Origin: Paraspadella gotoi
Lineage: Eukaryota; Animalia; Chaetognatha
DNA length: 64,000 bases
NCBI GenBank assembly: GCA_051294375.1
Contig: CM119263.1
Coordinates: 24,494,187 to 24,558,186 of the forward strand
Direction of reading: 5' to 3'
The position numbers and the translations under genes were made by a program. The notes beneath the pieces were generated by a model. It had not been told where the DNA came from, made no database searches, and saw nothing but the letters and a program-made list of their open reading frames with translations. Positions 28,790-41,183 of this stretch are shown piece after piece (positions within the stretch are counted from its first letter, which is position 1; the number at the start of each line of letters is the position of its first letter).

Positions 28790-31700
28790 GACGCAGTTTC
28801 AGTCGATCAACGGAAATAACTTCAAAACGCCGCGGCCCGGTATTTCGATTTTGAAAGTTTTTGGGCCACGTTCGCGGACATTGTAAGGGCCGTCGTAAGG
28901 CGGTTGAAGTGGCGTCGAATGTCCGTCGCGTCGGACGTAGACGCGGTTGGCGTCAGTGAGCGTTTCCGGATGTGAGGAGGCGGGCGGCGCATGCCAAGCG
29001 GCGGGCAGAGGCTGCATGAGGGCAACATCTGCACGGAGATCGTCAGGATTCGCGAACGGGCGGCGGCGTCGACGTCGGTTGTCGGGACCGGAAGTAGCTC
29101 ACCAGGAGCGCAGCGTCTCACCAGCGTTAATTCAGCGGGAGAGGCGTCCGAATCTTCTCGTGGAGTTGCGCGGAGACTCAAGAGAGTCCAAGGAAAGTTG
29201 CGCCTACCAGTTATTTCCCGGCGTCGCAGCGGGCGCGTAAGGCCGCTTTAAGCGTCCGATGAAGTGCGCTCGACCATCCGTTGGATTGGGGGTGGTAGGC
29301 TGTCGTCGTGGAAGGGTCAAAGCCGACTACCGCCGCACTTGCGCCACAATTCCGATTGAATTGGGCGCCACGATCGTGTGACGACGGAAGGGACGCCAAA
29401 ACGAGAGACCCAGTTTTGTAAGAAGGCAGCGGCTGACGGAGCGGCGAGGTGTCACGGAGAGGCGCCGTCTCTGGCCATCGGCGTAAAGCGGTCAATCATA
29501 GTTAAAAGCATGAGTGTGACCAGAGACGGCTGGCAGCGGCCACCAGATCATATGCACGTGTGCGAAGCGTTTAGACGGTGGTTCGAAACTCTGGAAGAGG
29601 CGGGGGCGGACATGGCGCTGAGTTTGGCGCGCTGACAGTGTCGCATGACGCTGCCATCGGCGATGTCGGACGATGCTGATGGCCATACAAAACGCGTCGT
29701 CACAAGCTTTTTGGAAATGCGCGAACTCCCGGGTGAGCGATGCCATGGGTGGCGTCAAAACGCGTCGGCGCCAATGACGCCGGAACGAGTGGGCGTGCCC
29801 GGGAGCCAGAGACGTCGCAAATGAGCGTTCGTGTTGCTTGATCGGGATGTTTTTGAGACGGAGCGCCGTATGGGGGTCGTTGAGAAGACGTGGACGTCGT
29901 CGTCGGTGGCTTGATCAGTCGCCATTGCCTCAAAGTTGACTTGGAGGGCACCGACGGCATTGACAGTGCAGCAATGTCTTCAGCTCTTTTGGCGTTCAAG
30001 TTTGCATCAGGTCGATCTGTAGGGGTTGTCGATGGTGGCGGCGCTGGTGGGGAGTTGGCGGGCGGGAAAAGGGGCGTCGGCCAACGACGTTCGCCTTTCC
30101 GGGCGATATGACGGATGTCGCGCGTATATTCGGCAAGCCCGCCAGTTGGTAGGTTTGCCTCATGTGTGAGGTTCGGCCTTCTTCCGTAGTGCCGGCACAA
30201 GCGAGATATGGTCGCTAAAAAGCGTGAAGGCGGCGTCCTTCACGTATGGGCGGAAATGGCGAATTGAGGCGTGGGCGGCAAGAAGTCCTTTCGAAGGGTG
30301 CCATTTTCGTTGATTGGGTTTCAGTGGCTTGAATGAAACCAGGGGCTGCACTGGCCGTCGACGAGCTGTTCGAGGACGGCGCCGACGGCGACGTCAGAGG
30401 CGTCGACAGTAAGAGCGAGAGGAGCGGCGCGTCGATAGGATGGACCAGCATTGTGGGTCGGCAAGGGCGTCTTGATTGCCTGGAAAGCGGCGTCTTGCGG
30501 GGCGCCCATTTTAGCATGCGCGGTTTTCCGCGGAGAACTTCAGAAGGGGGTCAAGATGATGTGCGGCGTGGGGCACGAATCGGCGTAGTAAGTTGAAAGA
30601 CCCCACAGAAAACGTTGAAGTTCTTTGACGGTGGTGGCGTGGCCATCTCACGTAGTGCCTCTACCTTCGACGGAGGGGGCGGACGCATCTTTGTCGACGT
30701 TGTAGCCGAGAAACTCCAGGCTGGAGCGCCAAAAACACATTTCGCGCGTGACGATGAGGCCCATTGTCGGCAAGCGCGTGAAGACACGCTTGAGATCCTC
30801 TTGATGTTCTTCGTGTGAGTGGGATGCCCACAACAGGTCATCCAAGTAGACGAAGACATGGGGAATGCGCTCCAGGACTTGATCCATCATGCGTTGGAAA
30901 TCCTGACCGGCGTTTTTTCAACCCAAACGGCATGAAGAGAAATTCGTAGAGGCCGACGGCGTGATGATCGCCGTTTATGACGATCTTCTTTCGCGACTGG
31001 GATCTGATGATATCCCTTGCAGAGTCAATCTTCGAGAAACCGTCTTCCCGGCGACGTCGCGCGTTGAAGTCCATGAGGTGGCGGATGCGGGTAGCGATCG
31101 TCGACGGTGACGCCGTTGAGGGCGTCGATAGTCGCCACAAGGACGGAGAGAGCCATCGGGTTTCCGGGTGACGTGTAGCGGCGACGCCCAAGCGGATGTA
31201 GAACGTCGGATAATGTCGAGTTCCAGCATCTTCTCGAACTCGGCCTTGGCGGGCGGCGAGCTGATCTGGGGCAAGGCGGCGGGGCGCGGGCGAAAACGGG
31301 CGGACCTTTCGTCGGAATATGATCTCGACACCATGTCTTTGGTGGTGCGGAGTTGAAGAGAGTTTGGTAGTTCTGGTCGCCCATCAAGAAGTGAGGAGTA
31401 GGCATCCGCGGACGTGCAGGACGCGTGCGCGCCGCGGTGGCGCGGCGTCGTGAGCATGGCCAGAGATGACATGTAGTCGTCGAGATCAAGAAGGATACGG
31501 CGCTGATGATCGACCACGAGATGGTGCTCCATCAAAAAGTCAGCACCGAGAATGGGGTGGCAACATCGGCGATGGATGACGAGATACGGAAAACGCGTTT
31601 CCCAAGTCGAATCCCCATCTCTCGGATGCCGAAAGATTCGATGGGCGTGTCGTTGGCGGCGCGGAGTGGCGGGGCGTTTGGCAGCAGCGGCGCCGCTTTG

Positions 31701-31850
31701 CAGCGGCGGGGTCTGCTTTGGCGGCGGCGCGATCGGCGGTGAGCGGGGATGAGCGTTGCCTCGGAGCCGCCATCGACGAAGCCACTCCAGGCCGGCGTCG
31801 GGGTCGCGCACTAAGAAGAGCTTCGAGTCGTTACGGCCGGCGACGCGGCG
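28790..31850 (-). pseudogene. pol: Gypsy pol: protease, RT, RNase H, integrase with GPY/F motif (frameshifted as assembled)
   Basis: LFLVRDPDAG/LVDGGSE, PILGADFL, SAWASPLHV..KPDGSLRPCGDYRR, GLYEFLFMPFGLK, VFVYLDD, LTVDASDVAVGAVLEQ, FSDH, TTAYHPQSNG, LQPPYDGPY. Confidence 0.93.
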
Positions 31851-31851
31851 A

Positions 31852-33078
31852 CTAGCGGCCGCGGCGTTGGCGGTTTGACTGGCGCCATTGGGCGATGGGG
31901 CGGCCGTCGCGGTTCGTCCCATGGCACTTTGAATAGCCGTTTGGTGCCAAAATTATAATGGTAGAAGCACTTGGCTTCGCCATGGGCGGTTCGCGATGTG
32001 GCTGGGAGCGGGGTGTCAAAAATTGGGGCGCCGTGTTGCTGTGTGCGCTGCTGCGTTGGGCGCTGTTGTGATGGCGCTGCTGCCAGGGGCGCTGTGTTGA
32101 GCGCGGCGGCGGTCGTCGTACCGCGTTCGCGTAGGATATGGGGGCATTGTCGTCGTCGCTTGTCGATTCGTCGGAAGCTCCAGTGGCTGCGTCCACTGTA
32201 GTCTTCATGGAGGTGACGGCGTCACCGAGGATGATTGTGGTCTGGAGCTGGCGGAGTTGTCCAGAAGGGAGAAAGAACTCGTCGGCATCCTTGGCAATGT
32301 CGGCGGGCTTTTGTCTTCCTGACGGCGTGCTCTCTACGCTTTGAGGGAGGGCGGCGGCCAAGATGGCGGCCTTGACGTTTTCGATGGTGAGGCCTTCCAG
32401 GACGGCGTCGAGCGCGGAGAGGTGTTGAGATGGAGTGACGCCTCTCAGCGACGTCCATCTTCAACGCCTTTGGCGCGCGCCTGTTGGCATCTTCACCATA
32501 GATCTTCTGGCAGGTGAAAACGAGATTCTTGTGAGCGTCGGGACCTTCGTCGATGCGAAGACCGTGTGGATTAGCCGATGACGGGAGATGGGATGGCGCT
32601 GAGGATCTGCGCCTTCTTTCCGCCCGGCTCAGTGACGCCAGTGGCGCCGAATTCCTACGCGGTGTGGTCTAGCCATCTCGCTGATGTGGTCGGGGTCAAA
32701 GTCGTCAGCTTTGGGTTTTCGTCGTCTTGTCGCGCTGCTGACGGGAGGTGAGGGTGCCACAGGGGCGGCGTCGCTGGCGCCGTCCTCCACTGAAGGGGGA
32801 ACTCCGTTGAAGCGTACTTGCGTCCGCTGAAGGGAGATTCGTCCTTTCCGTGACCGCGTGGCGAGTTTGGTATTGATGTCGAATACCATTTGAAACAGTT
32901 TTTCGATTTGCATTTCGAGGGGCGTCGGCGGATGTCGAGGCGGCGGCGTCGTGGAATGCGTCGTCGCGGCCGGCGCGTGTCGGATTGGGAGGCGTTGCGC
33001 GTGGTCACCGCATCGTCGTTTCTTCTTCGTCGGCGGCGTTGGAGGGCGTGTGACACTTGGGTGATGACAACGGGGCAT
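31852..33078 (-). pseudogene. gag: Gypsy gag (frameshifted as assembled)
   Basis: Fragmented frames ending in a CFYHYNFG...KC knuckle (CHCC type) and QSNRQRRGR-stop. Confidence 0.75.
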
Positions 33079-33430
33079 TTAGAGAAAGAAAAAAAAAAAT
33101 TATTCACTTTGAAAAAAAAAATAATTTGCCTTGAAAAAGAGGGGTATGATTCGCCTTAGTAAAATGATTGAATTTAAAAAATATTCGTTTTGAGAGTTGT
33201 ATTGGCAAAAAAAAACGATTCGAATCGAGAGAATTTGAGAGAAAAAAAAAAAAAAAAGAGTTTGGGCAAAAAAGGTTTAAATTAAAAATTAATTTAAAAA
33301 AAAAATGGTTTGAATTAAAAATTTGGTTCGCGACAATGCGCGCGAAGTTTGTTTCGATTTTGTTGAGAAGTAGTTTCCTTTTTGTTTTTTGTTTTGTTTT
33401 TTGTTTCGTTTTGTTTCTTTTTATATTTTT

Positions 33431-33448
33431 TCACGTCAGGGCTCACCA
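33431..33448 (-). promoter_or_regulatory. Primer-binding site, tRNA-Trp-like
   Basis: Minus strand TGGTGAGCCCTGACGTGA, 2 nt inside the 5' LTR, resembles the complement of the tRNA-Trp 3' end (TGGTGACCCCGACGTGA). Confidence 0.8.
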
Positions 33449-33450
33449 CG

Positions 33451-33680
33451 TGTGGACGCAACAAGTTTCAGAGTAAGAATGATTTATTCTTCAACAACGT
33501 TATAAACAATAACAGTCAAAATGCTCAGATGCTAAGTCTATTACAATGGTATTTACAAAGGTCAACGTTTGACATAAAGTCACGTTTTGACGCATAAATA
33601 GGTGGGGAAAATGAGCGAGGGAAGTTCGGTAAGGTCAAGTGGTTTGACGAGGTTGCGTGTTCTTAGAATGTTCGTCCACA
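33451..33680 (-). repeat. 5' LTR of the Gypsy element
   Basis: TG..CA ends with an 8-bp terminal inverted repeat; near-identical to 28123-28350; adjacent to the PBS. Confidence 0.97.
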
Positions 33681-34467
33681 GTGTCAAATTTTTTTGGGTG
33701 AATGATATTTCGGCTATATGCAAAAAAGCAAATCATGACCGGAAGGTTTCGCTCCCTCGCCCGAAACAACTAAACGTGACAATGTCATTTATTATTATTA
33801 AAAAATCTCAAAATTTTTCCTCCTCACCCCAAATCGATCGAGTTTCCTCTTCTTCACATTAGCCGATCGCTTCCTTCCCTCTCTCCCCCCCTACACCCCC
33901 CCCCGTCGATTAACCGCGACGAAATATAAGGAGGAAGAGAAGTAAGGGGAGCGTCTTCATCATGCAGAGCAGGTTATGAGCGACGCACTAATGATAAACA
34001 AGAGAGGGACGATGTTCACCGCGAGTCGCCGTTAATTCGTCGTCGTCGTCGTCGTCGTTCGTCGTCGTCGTCGTCATGGCGCATGAGAAGGAGGCCTGTG
34101 CGTTTTCATATCGTCTATAGTCATAATATAGTCATTTAGTAGTATATTGATTGTCGTCATAATAATCATAATTCTTATCGTCGACAAGATCATCATGATC
34201 AATTCTTCGTCATCGATATCTTTATCATTCTTAGCTTCTTCGTCTTCATCATTAATCGTCGACATCAACGTGATCATCTTAAATTAATTGATATCATGAT
34301 CCATTATATATCATCATTGTCATAATCGTCACATTCATTATCATAATCATCGACATGATCTCTATCATCATCAGCTTCATCACCATCTCATCTTCATAAT
34401 TATCATCATATTAATCATCATCATCATCATCATCATCGTCGTCGTCGTCGTCGTCGTCGTCGTCATC

Positions 34468-34540
<73 letters not shown>

Positions 34541-34642
34541 CTGCCTACAACCTTCCCAACCCACCGAATCCATCGCCTAATTCGGTCGTTAAACGATTCC
34601 GCCTCGTAATGGCTCATGAGTTCGGCCCACGATCGGTTCATC

Positions 34643-34688
<46 letters not shown>

Positions 34689-34755
34689 AAGTAGCTTCAG
34701 CGTCGGTGGCTTCGGTCTGGCGACGACCGAATAAAGATAAAGAATGATTGGGCGA

Positions 34756-34787
<32 letters not shown>

Positions 34788-35998
34788 AGACGACGACGAG
34801 ACGACGACGACGACGACGACGACGACGAGGACCGACGATGTCAACGAGTACCTTACTTGAAGAATCTCGTGGAAAAAAAATCAAGTAGATCGTGAAACTG
34901 TGGAAATTAGATGAAGACACGACGACGACAATGATGACGACGACGACGACGAAGACACAATGATTATCCAGATTATAAGGTTTTCGACGTCGAGGTGAAA
35001 ATTTCAAGAGATTTAATGTAAAATCTCATTTTTTACGATTTCGAGAAGATCCCACGAACAAGCGAAGTCGTTAACAATAGAGATAACGACGACGATGACG
35101 ACGACGATGACGCGACGACGACCCGCGACGTTAATGGTGATGAAAACTTCAACGCTTCGATGAAACGAGCGATAAAGTAGAATAAATTCTGGAAGCGATA
35201 AAAATGATTCGATCTTGTGGAGATGTGATTCTTCGCCGAATCTGGAGACGTCTTGGCGGGGGGGTGGGAGTTGGGATCGGGTGAGAGGACTCAGGGAAAG
35301 GGGGGGGAATTTGGGGGAATAAGTAGGAATTGCGGAAATGTCGAAAATGAAAAGGATGCTCTCTGCATCTCTCTCATTCGAGCGCCGAAAACGTGTGATT
35401 CAGACGATGAAACCTTTTTCGGTAACATTTCCCTTTTTTTAAAGTTTAACGTATTATCGACGGAAAAAAAACAGATCGTGAAAGCGCTTTTAGATCAAGT
35501 CGCGTCTCGACGAGATTTGTTGAAAATTGAAAATAGGAAACAAAAAGTATCAAAGAAAACACAAAAGTTTAAAAAAAAAGAGAAGCCAATTTCAGAATAT
35601 TATGAAAGAGAAAAGTAGTGTTTTAAGCTAAAGAAAAATAAAACCTAAAACAAAGGGGGCGAAAAATGAAAAAGCAAGGAGCGGATTCATCCGATAACAA
35701 AAAGCAGCCGAAGATCCGGAGAGAAATTTGAGCCAAAAACTCAATCAAAAAATGGTTTTTGTGCGAGCCAACTATTTCTTTGTCTCCGCGATCGAGCATA
35801 TGGATCTCTCACATCCATCAATAGACTCCATCAATCTACGACTCCATTCAAAGTTAATCCATTCAATTTCTCGACTCCATTCAATCCAAGATTTCTGCGA
35901 CGTGTGATTTTTTCACTCTCAACTGGATTTCGCCCAGGGGATTTTTACTCCATCCCTCATCTTTTTGGCGGCTTCCTGCAGGCATCGGCGACGACGAC

Positions 35999-36029
<31 letters not shown>

Positions 36030-37040
36030 AGAAGAAGAATGATAACGAACGATGACGACGACGAAAACAGAGACGAAGCAGAAGAAGAGGGATGATTTTA
36101 CTTAGGAATGATATTAACCCCCCCCCGCCGTCTCTCTTTTTTTTTCTTCTCTCTTTCTCCCTTCGTTCCCATTATTATAATCCTCTCGCCTCATTAACGC
36201 GGTCACTTGTTTCATAAGCGATAAAGAGCGCGCTGCTTCGGATCGTTTCGACTAGGGCTCTTCGTCCTTTCGTTCGTTCTTTGGTTCGTTCGTTCGTTCT
36301 TTCGTTCGACGCTGTTTCGTTTGTCCTTTGTTTGTTAGTCTCTTTGTTCGTTCTTTGTTCGTCATTGTTCTTTTACCTGAGATCTTTCTTCTCTGTTCTG
36401 TCGTCATCCTTCGTCGATAATTAAGATATGCGCGTCATGTCATCGTCGTCATCGTTGTGAGGGAATTAATCAACACTGATGCTCGTCGTCGTCGTCGATA
36501 TTTTTAAAGTAATTTTTTTTTTCAGTAGACTTTCTGAAGTAAAAATATATTTGTAATTATAATTGTCTACTTGTCCACTTGTCTAATAATTCACACGAGT
36601 CATCATTACCGTTTTCATCGTTTCAAAAACTGTCATCAACTTACGAAATGTCATTATTTTGAGACTTTCTCCCCGTCATCACCGTCGTCGTTCTCATCGT
36701 CGTCGTCATCATCATTGCCTTCATCGTCCTTCTCTCCTTCGCCCCCCTCGCCCCCCCGGTCATGGGCTTCGCTACTCCCACTTTGTATTCTTCGTTCCGT
36801 CAAATCGAGCGCATTATTAAAAGGGATGAATATTCTGACCACATCCTCTTTTTTTTCGCACTTAACTCTGTCCAGTGACTCGTCGTCCATGACGGAGGCG
36901 ATCCTCATTCCAGTCAGCGTTTCGCTCATTATCTCTTTATTATAACGATGTTGACCGATATATTCGAAGCAACAGTTCTTGACGTATATTTAACTTGGTT
37001 TCGATTTGACTTTCTTCTCGTGTCTTTTTTGAGATTTCTT

Positions 37041-37348
37041 TTATGAAATTGGTGCAACCAATATAAAAATTATCCATTCATTTAATAAATAAGCTATCTT
37101 GCCTCTGACTTTGGACAGGCTTTGGTGGTTTAAGGCCTCCATCACTCTTACAAGATAATGACATAGCAGGTCCTTACAAGCTTTCAATCAAGACTCTCTC
37201 ACAGTCTCGTTTATTCACTCCCAGAGTACCTGGCTTTCCTATCAATGAAGTGGAAAATATTTCAAAGAATGTTTCAATTGTATGAAAAGACCACTCCCTT
37301 AAGTATTAGATCGGGGAATACTTATTGTACTCCGCACTAGCATCAAAT
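37041..37348 (-). mobile_element. Dispersed repeat family copy 2 (5'-truncated, Penelope-like 3' end)
   Basis: Near-identical to the revcomp of ~54385-54712; same 3' terminus, different 5' truncation point. Confidence 0.75.
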
Positions 37349-37620
37349 TGTGATATGTGATAATTAATTTATTGAATAACTTCTCTCTAGTCGTCAAGCA
37401 ACACTCTCAATTCTTGCTTGTTGTGACAGTTTCGAATCAAAATCGTGTGAATGAAATTTCCAAATAACATCATTAATTTACTCAGTGGCCAATGGCCAAG
37501 TCTTTTCTCGTCGCAGCAGTACTAAGTTGCTCCTCCAGTCCAGCCTCTATTTAACCCACCTTTTTTCGCCACAAACGCCTTCTCTTCTCCAACCACAATT
37601 TCTTCTTTCGATTGTCTCTT

Positions 37621-37661
<41 letters not shown>

Positions 37662-39809
37662 TCCCCCTGGCCTCCGCTTTCGGTCATCACAGACTATCAA
37701 CCCCATTATTACGTCATTAAAAAGAAGAAGCATCTGATTTCGGGCCGGGCCCGTCGTAGCCCGACGAAGGCCGACGAAGCCCGACGCAGCTCGACGCTGC
37801 GCTCCCGCTGCCCGAAACCGCCCGCTCAAAACGGTTCGTTCAGATCGCCCGCTTAGTCCGCCCGTCCGGGACGGACCGTCGCCATGACCCGTCGACTGGC
37901 ATTGATACAGCGTTGGCAGCCGCCGCCACCGCTGCTACCGCCGCCACCGCCACCGCCCCCGCCTCTTTCCTTCGAATAATGAGACTCATTTTTATCATAA
38001 ACGGTTTTTTTTTTTATCATAAGCCCGGCGAGCGATTTCGGGCAGAGGGCGTGAGGTGATAATGAAATGGGGAGGGAGTTATGACTTAGTGGCTCACTAT
38101 ATTCTTTTTCAAGCGAACTATCTGTTTGCAACTTATAATTTTAAGATATTCTATTCATAAACGTTTTAGTTCTGATTGCAAGATCCTTGTCTCTCTCTCT
38201 CTCTCCAACTCTCTCCCTCCTCTTCCCATCTCTGTTTTTTTTTTCTGCCAGTTGGCGACAACGCCTCTCACCCACTTCTCCTCTTCTTCCTCCTCCTCTT
38301 CCTCCTCCAACGCCCCCGCGCTCATCAACCCTTTGTCAACTCTCCTTTCGCCCTCAGAGTCGCCACCTCTTCGGCGCCGCCTCCCCTATCCTCAAACGCC
38401 ACAGACCCTAACCCCAAGCCCCCAGTCTCTTCCCCCCCCCGCACTCGCCGCCACGCCCACATTCTGCCCCGGGCCTCTGCCCATTGCCTTCGTTAATCGT
38501 CCCTTTAAGCGAGCTGAAACACCTTTGACCGCGGCCTGACCGCGGTCCGACCGCGGCGCGAAAGACCGCAGTCTGACCGCGCGAGTTAACCGATGCCGAA
38601 CACAAAAAAAAAAACGGGACAGAAGCTAAAAATTTTCGGCGGGACAGAAGACTGACTCAACGGACTCAAGAGGTCGTTAGTCAATTAAATACTAAACTAA
38701 ATGAAAGAAGATTGAACACCTTTTCGGGTAATTATAAGAATAATTGAAGAACCAGACCAAAGACAGTCCGACGCAAACACTAACGACAAGAGCTTGAATG
38801 ACCACAGGGACATGTAAAGTTGCATACATAAAAAGATAGAAATCACTAAAACGAGGACAGAAGCCTCTAAAAGCCGGGACAGAAGCCTCTGAAGTCCGGA
38901 CAGAAGCTCGACAAATGCTCGACGGACGAAACGCAACATTTATGTAAATTTAACCCTTTCTCGCTTCGCGGTCAGAGTAATCGGTTTTTCATGGCCGATT
39001 GAGAGACGCTTTCTTGCCTTCGTTGGCCAAATCGGAAAAGGATCTTTCTCTTTTCCTGTTTAGTTGTCTTTTCGTTTCAGTAAAAGCTTCAATTTAGGCG
39101 AGCCCTCAATTGTAATTTTAACGTGTGTTTTTTCCCCAAATAAAAAACAAAAATAAATAATTCTAAATTTATTTTTATATATTAACTAATTTCACATGTA
39201 TAAAGTAAGTTTTTCGTTAAACATATTTTTCCTTCACTTGGTCCCAAACCCATTGGTTAACCATTTAAAACAACATTCACGGTCGACCGGGCGCGAAATT
39301 CGCTCCCAAAAAAAACCTCTTCGCCTTTAGTTTTCTTGTTGGTCATCGCCCGCCTCGTGACAGACCGCCCCCGATCGGGCGCGCCCTCAAAACAGGGGCG
39401 CGTTCACCCCTCCGTCCAGATGTCCTTCTGCCAAATGGTTCATGCAGATGAATCCGCGACCGGGCCGCCCCCGTCGTCGCCCCTACAGCCGCCGCTGCCG
39501 CCGCTGCCGCCGCTGCCCCTGCCGCTGCCCCTGCCCACCGCCTCGGACGCTGGTCAAGTATCATTTTCGTGGTGGTGTAAGTCTAATGACGCTGAAAGGA
39601 TCCACCAACGTTCTGACTCCCGACAAGTTGGACCGACGTGTTCGGCCAAAAAACGCCGCCGACGAAACTGAGGGGGGGGGGAAGAAATTTGTGAAGGCGG
39701 CAATAGTCAGGGACGATGAAAAGGGGAAAAAGAAAGAAGAGAAAGTTTGAAAGTAAGCTAGTGAAGAGACAGTGATAATTGTTATTTGTTAGTGACAGAA
39801 TCGTTCAAT

Positions 39810-39962
39810 GTAAGCAGTCCTTGAGCTTCGGATCAGGCTGTCACACCGTGTTACAGGTGGGTTAAGCGCCCCGTCCCTTTTAACTACTAGGCGACCACCG
39901 GGCTAGAATCCCGGACCTTTGGGTTGGGAGGCGAATGACTTGCCTCCGGCACCAATGGCCGC
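39810..39962 (-). mobile_element. tRNA(Gly)-derived SINE-like element or tRNA pseudogene
   Basis: 72-nt head 39962-39891: acceptor stem GCGGCCA/TGGTCGC, A-box-like TGGTGCCGGAGG, TCGCCTCCCA (Gly-CCC-like), T arm CCGGG-ATTCTAG-CCCGG; anticodon stem does not pair; 3' boundary approximate. Confidence 0.6.
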
Positions 39963-40342
39963 TGATGAACGGTTGGTGGATTTTAGTCCACCATACTAGG
40001 ATATATATTATATAATATCCTTAACCCACTAACCTTCATTATTGTCTAGTTAAAAAAAAATAGTTGGACCTGAAGATTCTGCGAACGCATCTTGAGGTTA
40101 CTTGACACTAAATATTTTGTCGCGTGTATTCATGTATTCATGAGGCCCAAAAAATATCTCTTTTACTATTTTTACTAGTTTTAGTAATCGTCGGCCTCTT
40201 TTATAATGTAAACATTGCAATACTATTTTGTTTATATACTATTTTCAGTTACTAATAGACAAACCTTGTCATCCCCATTCGAAACTTTTTTCTAAAGGAT
40301 TTCAAAAACACCTTTCCGTTTCCAGGCAAAGGGCGCGTCCAG

Positions 40343-40417
<75 letters not shown>

Positions 40418-40880
40418 CCCCGACTTAATCGCAATTCTAAATCAGGGGACTAAATCGTCGCCTAAATCGTTAGGCGAATCGTTAGTCGCGTCGTTAGCCA
40501 AATGGTTAGCTAAATCACGGCTCGAATCAGTTCCCCTCACTCTCCCGACAAAATTTCCCTTTCGTTTTTCTAAATGACTAAGAATGTGATTAAGGGGGGA
40601 CTGCGTTTTCCTCGCAAGTTTAGGCCTGATCTTCTCTCTCTCGGTGATGAGGTCGGGTTCTCTACGGTGTCGGTCGTCTCGTCTCGTCTCTCCTCGCTCC
40701 TTCTCTCCTCTCTGTGCCTCTCTGCTCTCTCTCTTTCTCTCTCTCTCTCTCCTCCTCTCTCTCTCTGGAGCTGGCGATTTAGTTCTACAGGTAAGTCGTT
40801 CAAACATACGTTTTTAATCTCTCTTTGTTTACAATCATATTAACATTTCTTAAGCGTCATCACAAGCACAGGGAGTATAA

Positions 40881-40973
40881 TTATTTTCTGAAAAATTTTC
40901 ATAATGGGATTTACTGAGCTTTTTTTTCCTCTTAGCACAGTCAATACCATTATGAAAATTTTTCAAAAAATAA
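40881..40973. repeat. 40-bp inverted repeat (4 mismatches) with 13-nt spacer; MITE-like hairpin
   Basis: TTATTTTCTGAAAAATTTTCATAATGGGATTTACTGAGCT versus the revcomp of 40934-40973. Confidence 0.85.
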
Positions 40974-41152
40974 ATTCACATTTGTTTTCTGACATAATTG
41001 TATAATATACTTTCCTTTAAACTATTCGATGAGATTCGGCGGGGGTTTTTTTTACAAAAGGCCGGCCACGGACCCGGGAAAGGTGGTTTGGTAACGGTGA
41101 GCAGCAGGAGCAGCAAGTGACGGGCCAGGTGCAAACAAACCGCCAGCGCTTT

Positions 41153-41183
<31 letters not shown>

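Larger units (their letters stand above)
28123..33680 (-). mobile_element. Full-length Ty3/Gypsy LTR retrotransposon, CsRn1-like
   Basis: Two ~230-bp LTRs TGTGGACG...CGTCCACA; 4-bp TSD GTGT (28119-28122 and 33681-33684); tRNA-Trp-like PBS; PPT; gag-PR-RT-RH-IN order. Confidence 0.97.
27391..36117. repeat. Right arm of large inverted duplication (interrupted by the Gypsy element)
   Basis: Reverse-complement match to the left arm across ~3.2 kb of shared sequence. Confidence 0.95.

Noticed and set aside
39891-39962. Functional tRNA-Gly gene
   Set aside because: Anticodon and D stems do not pair and the T loop is non-canonical; kept only as SINE-like
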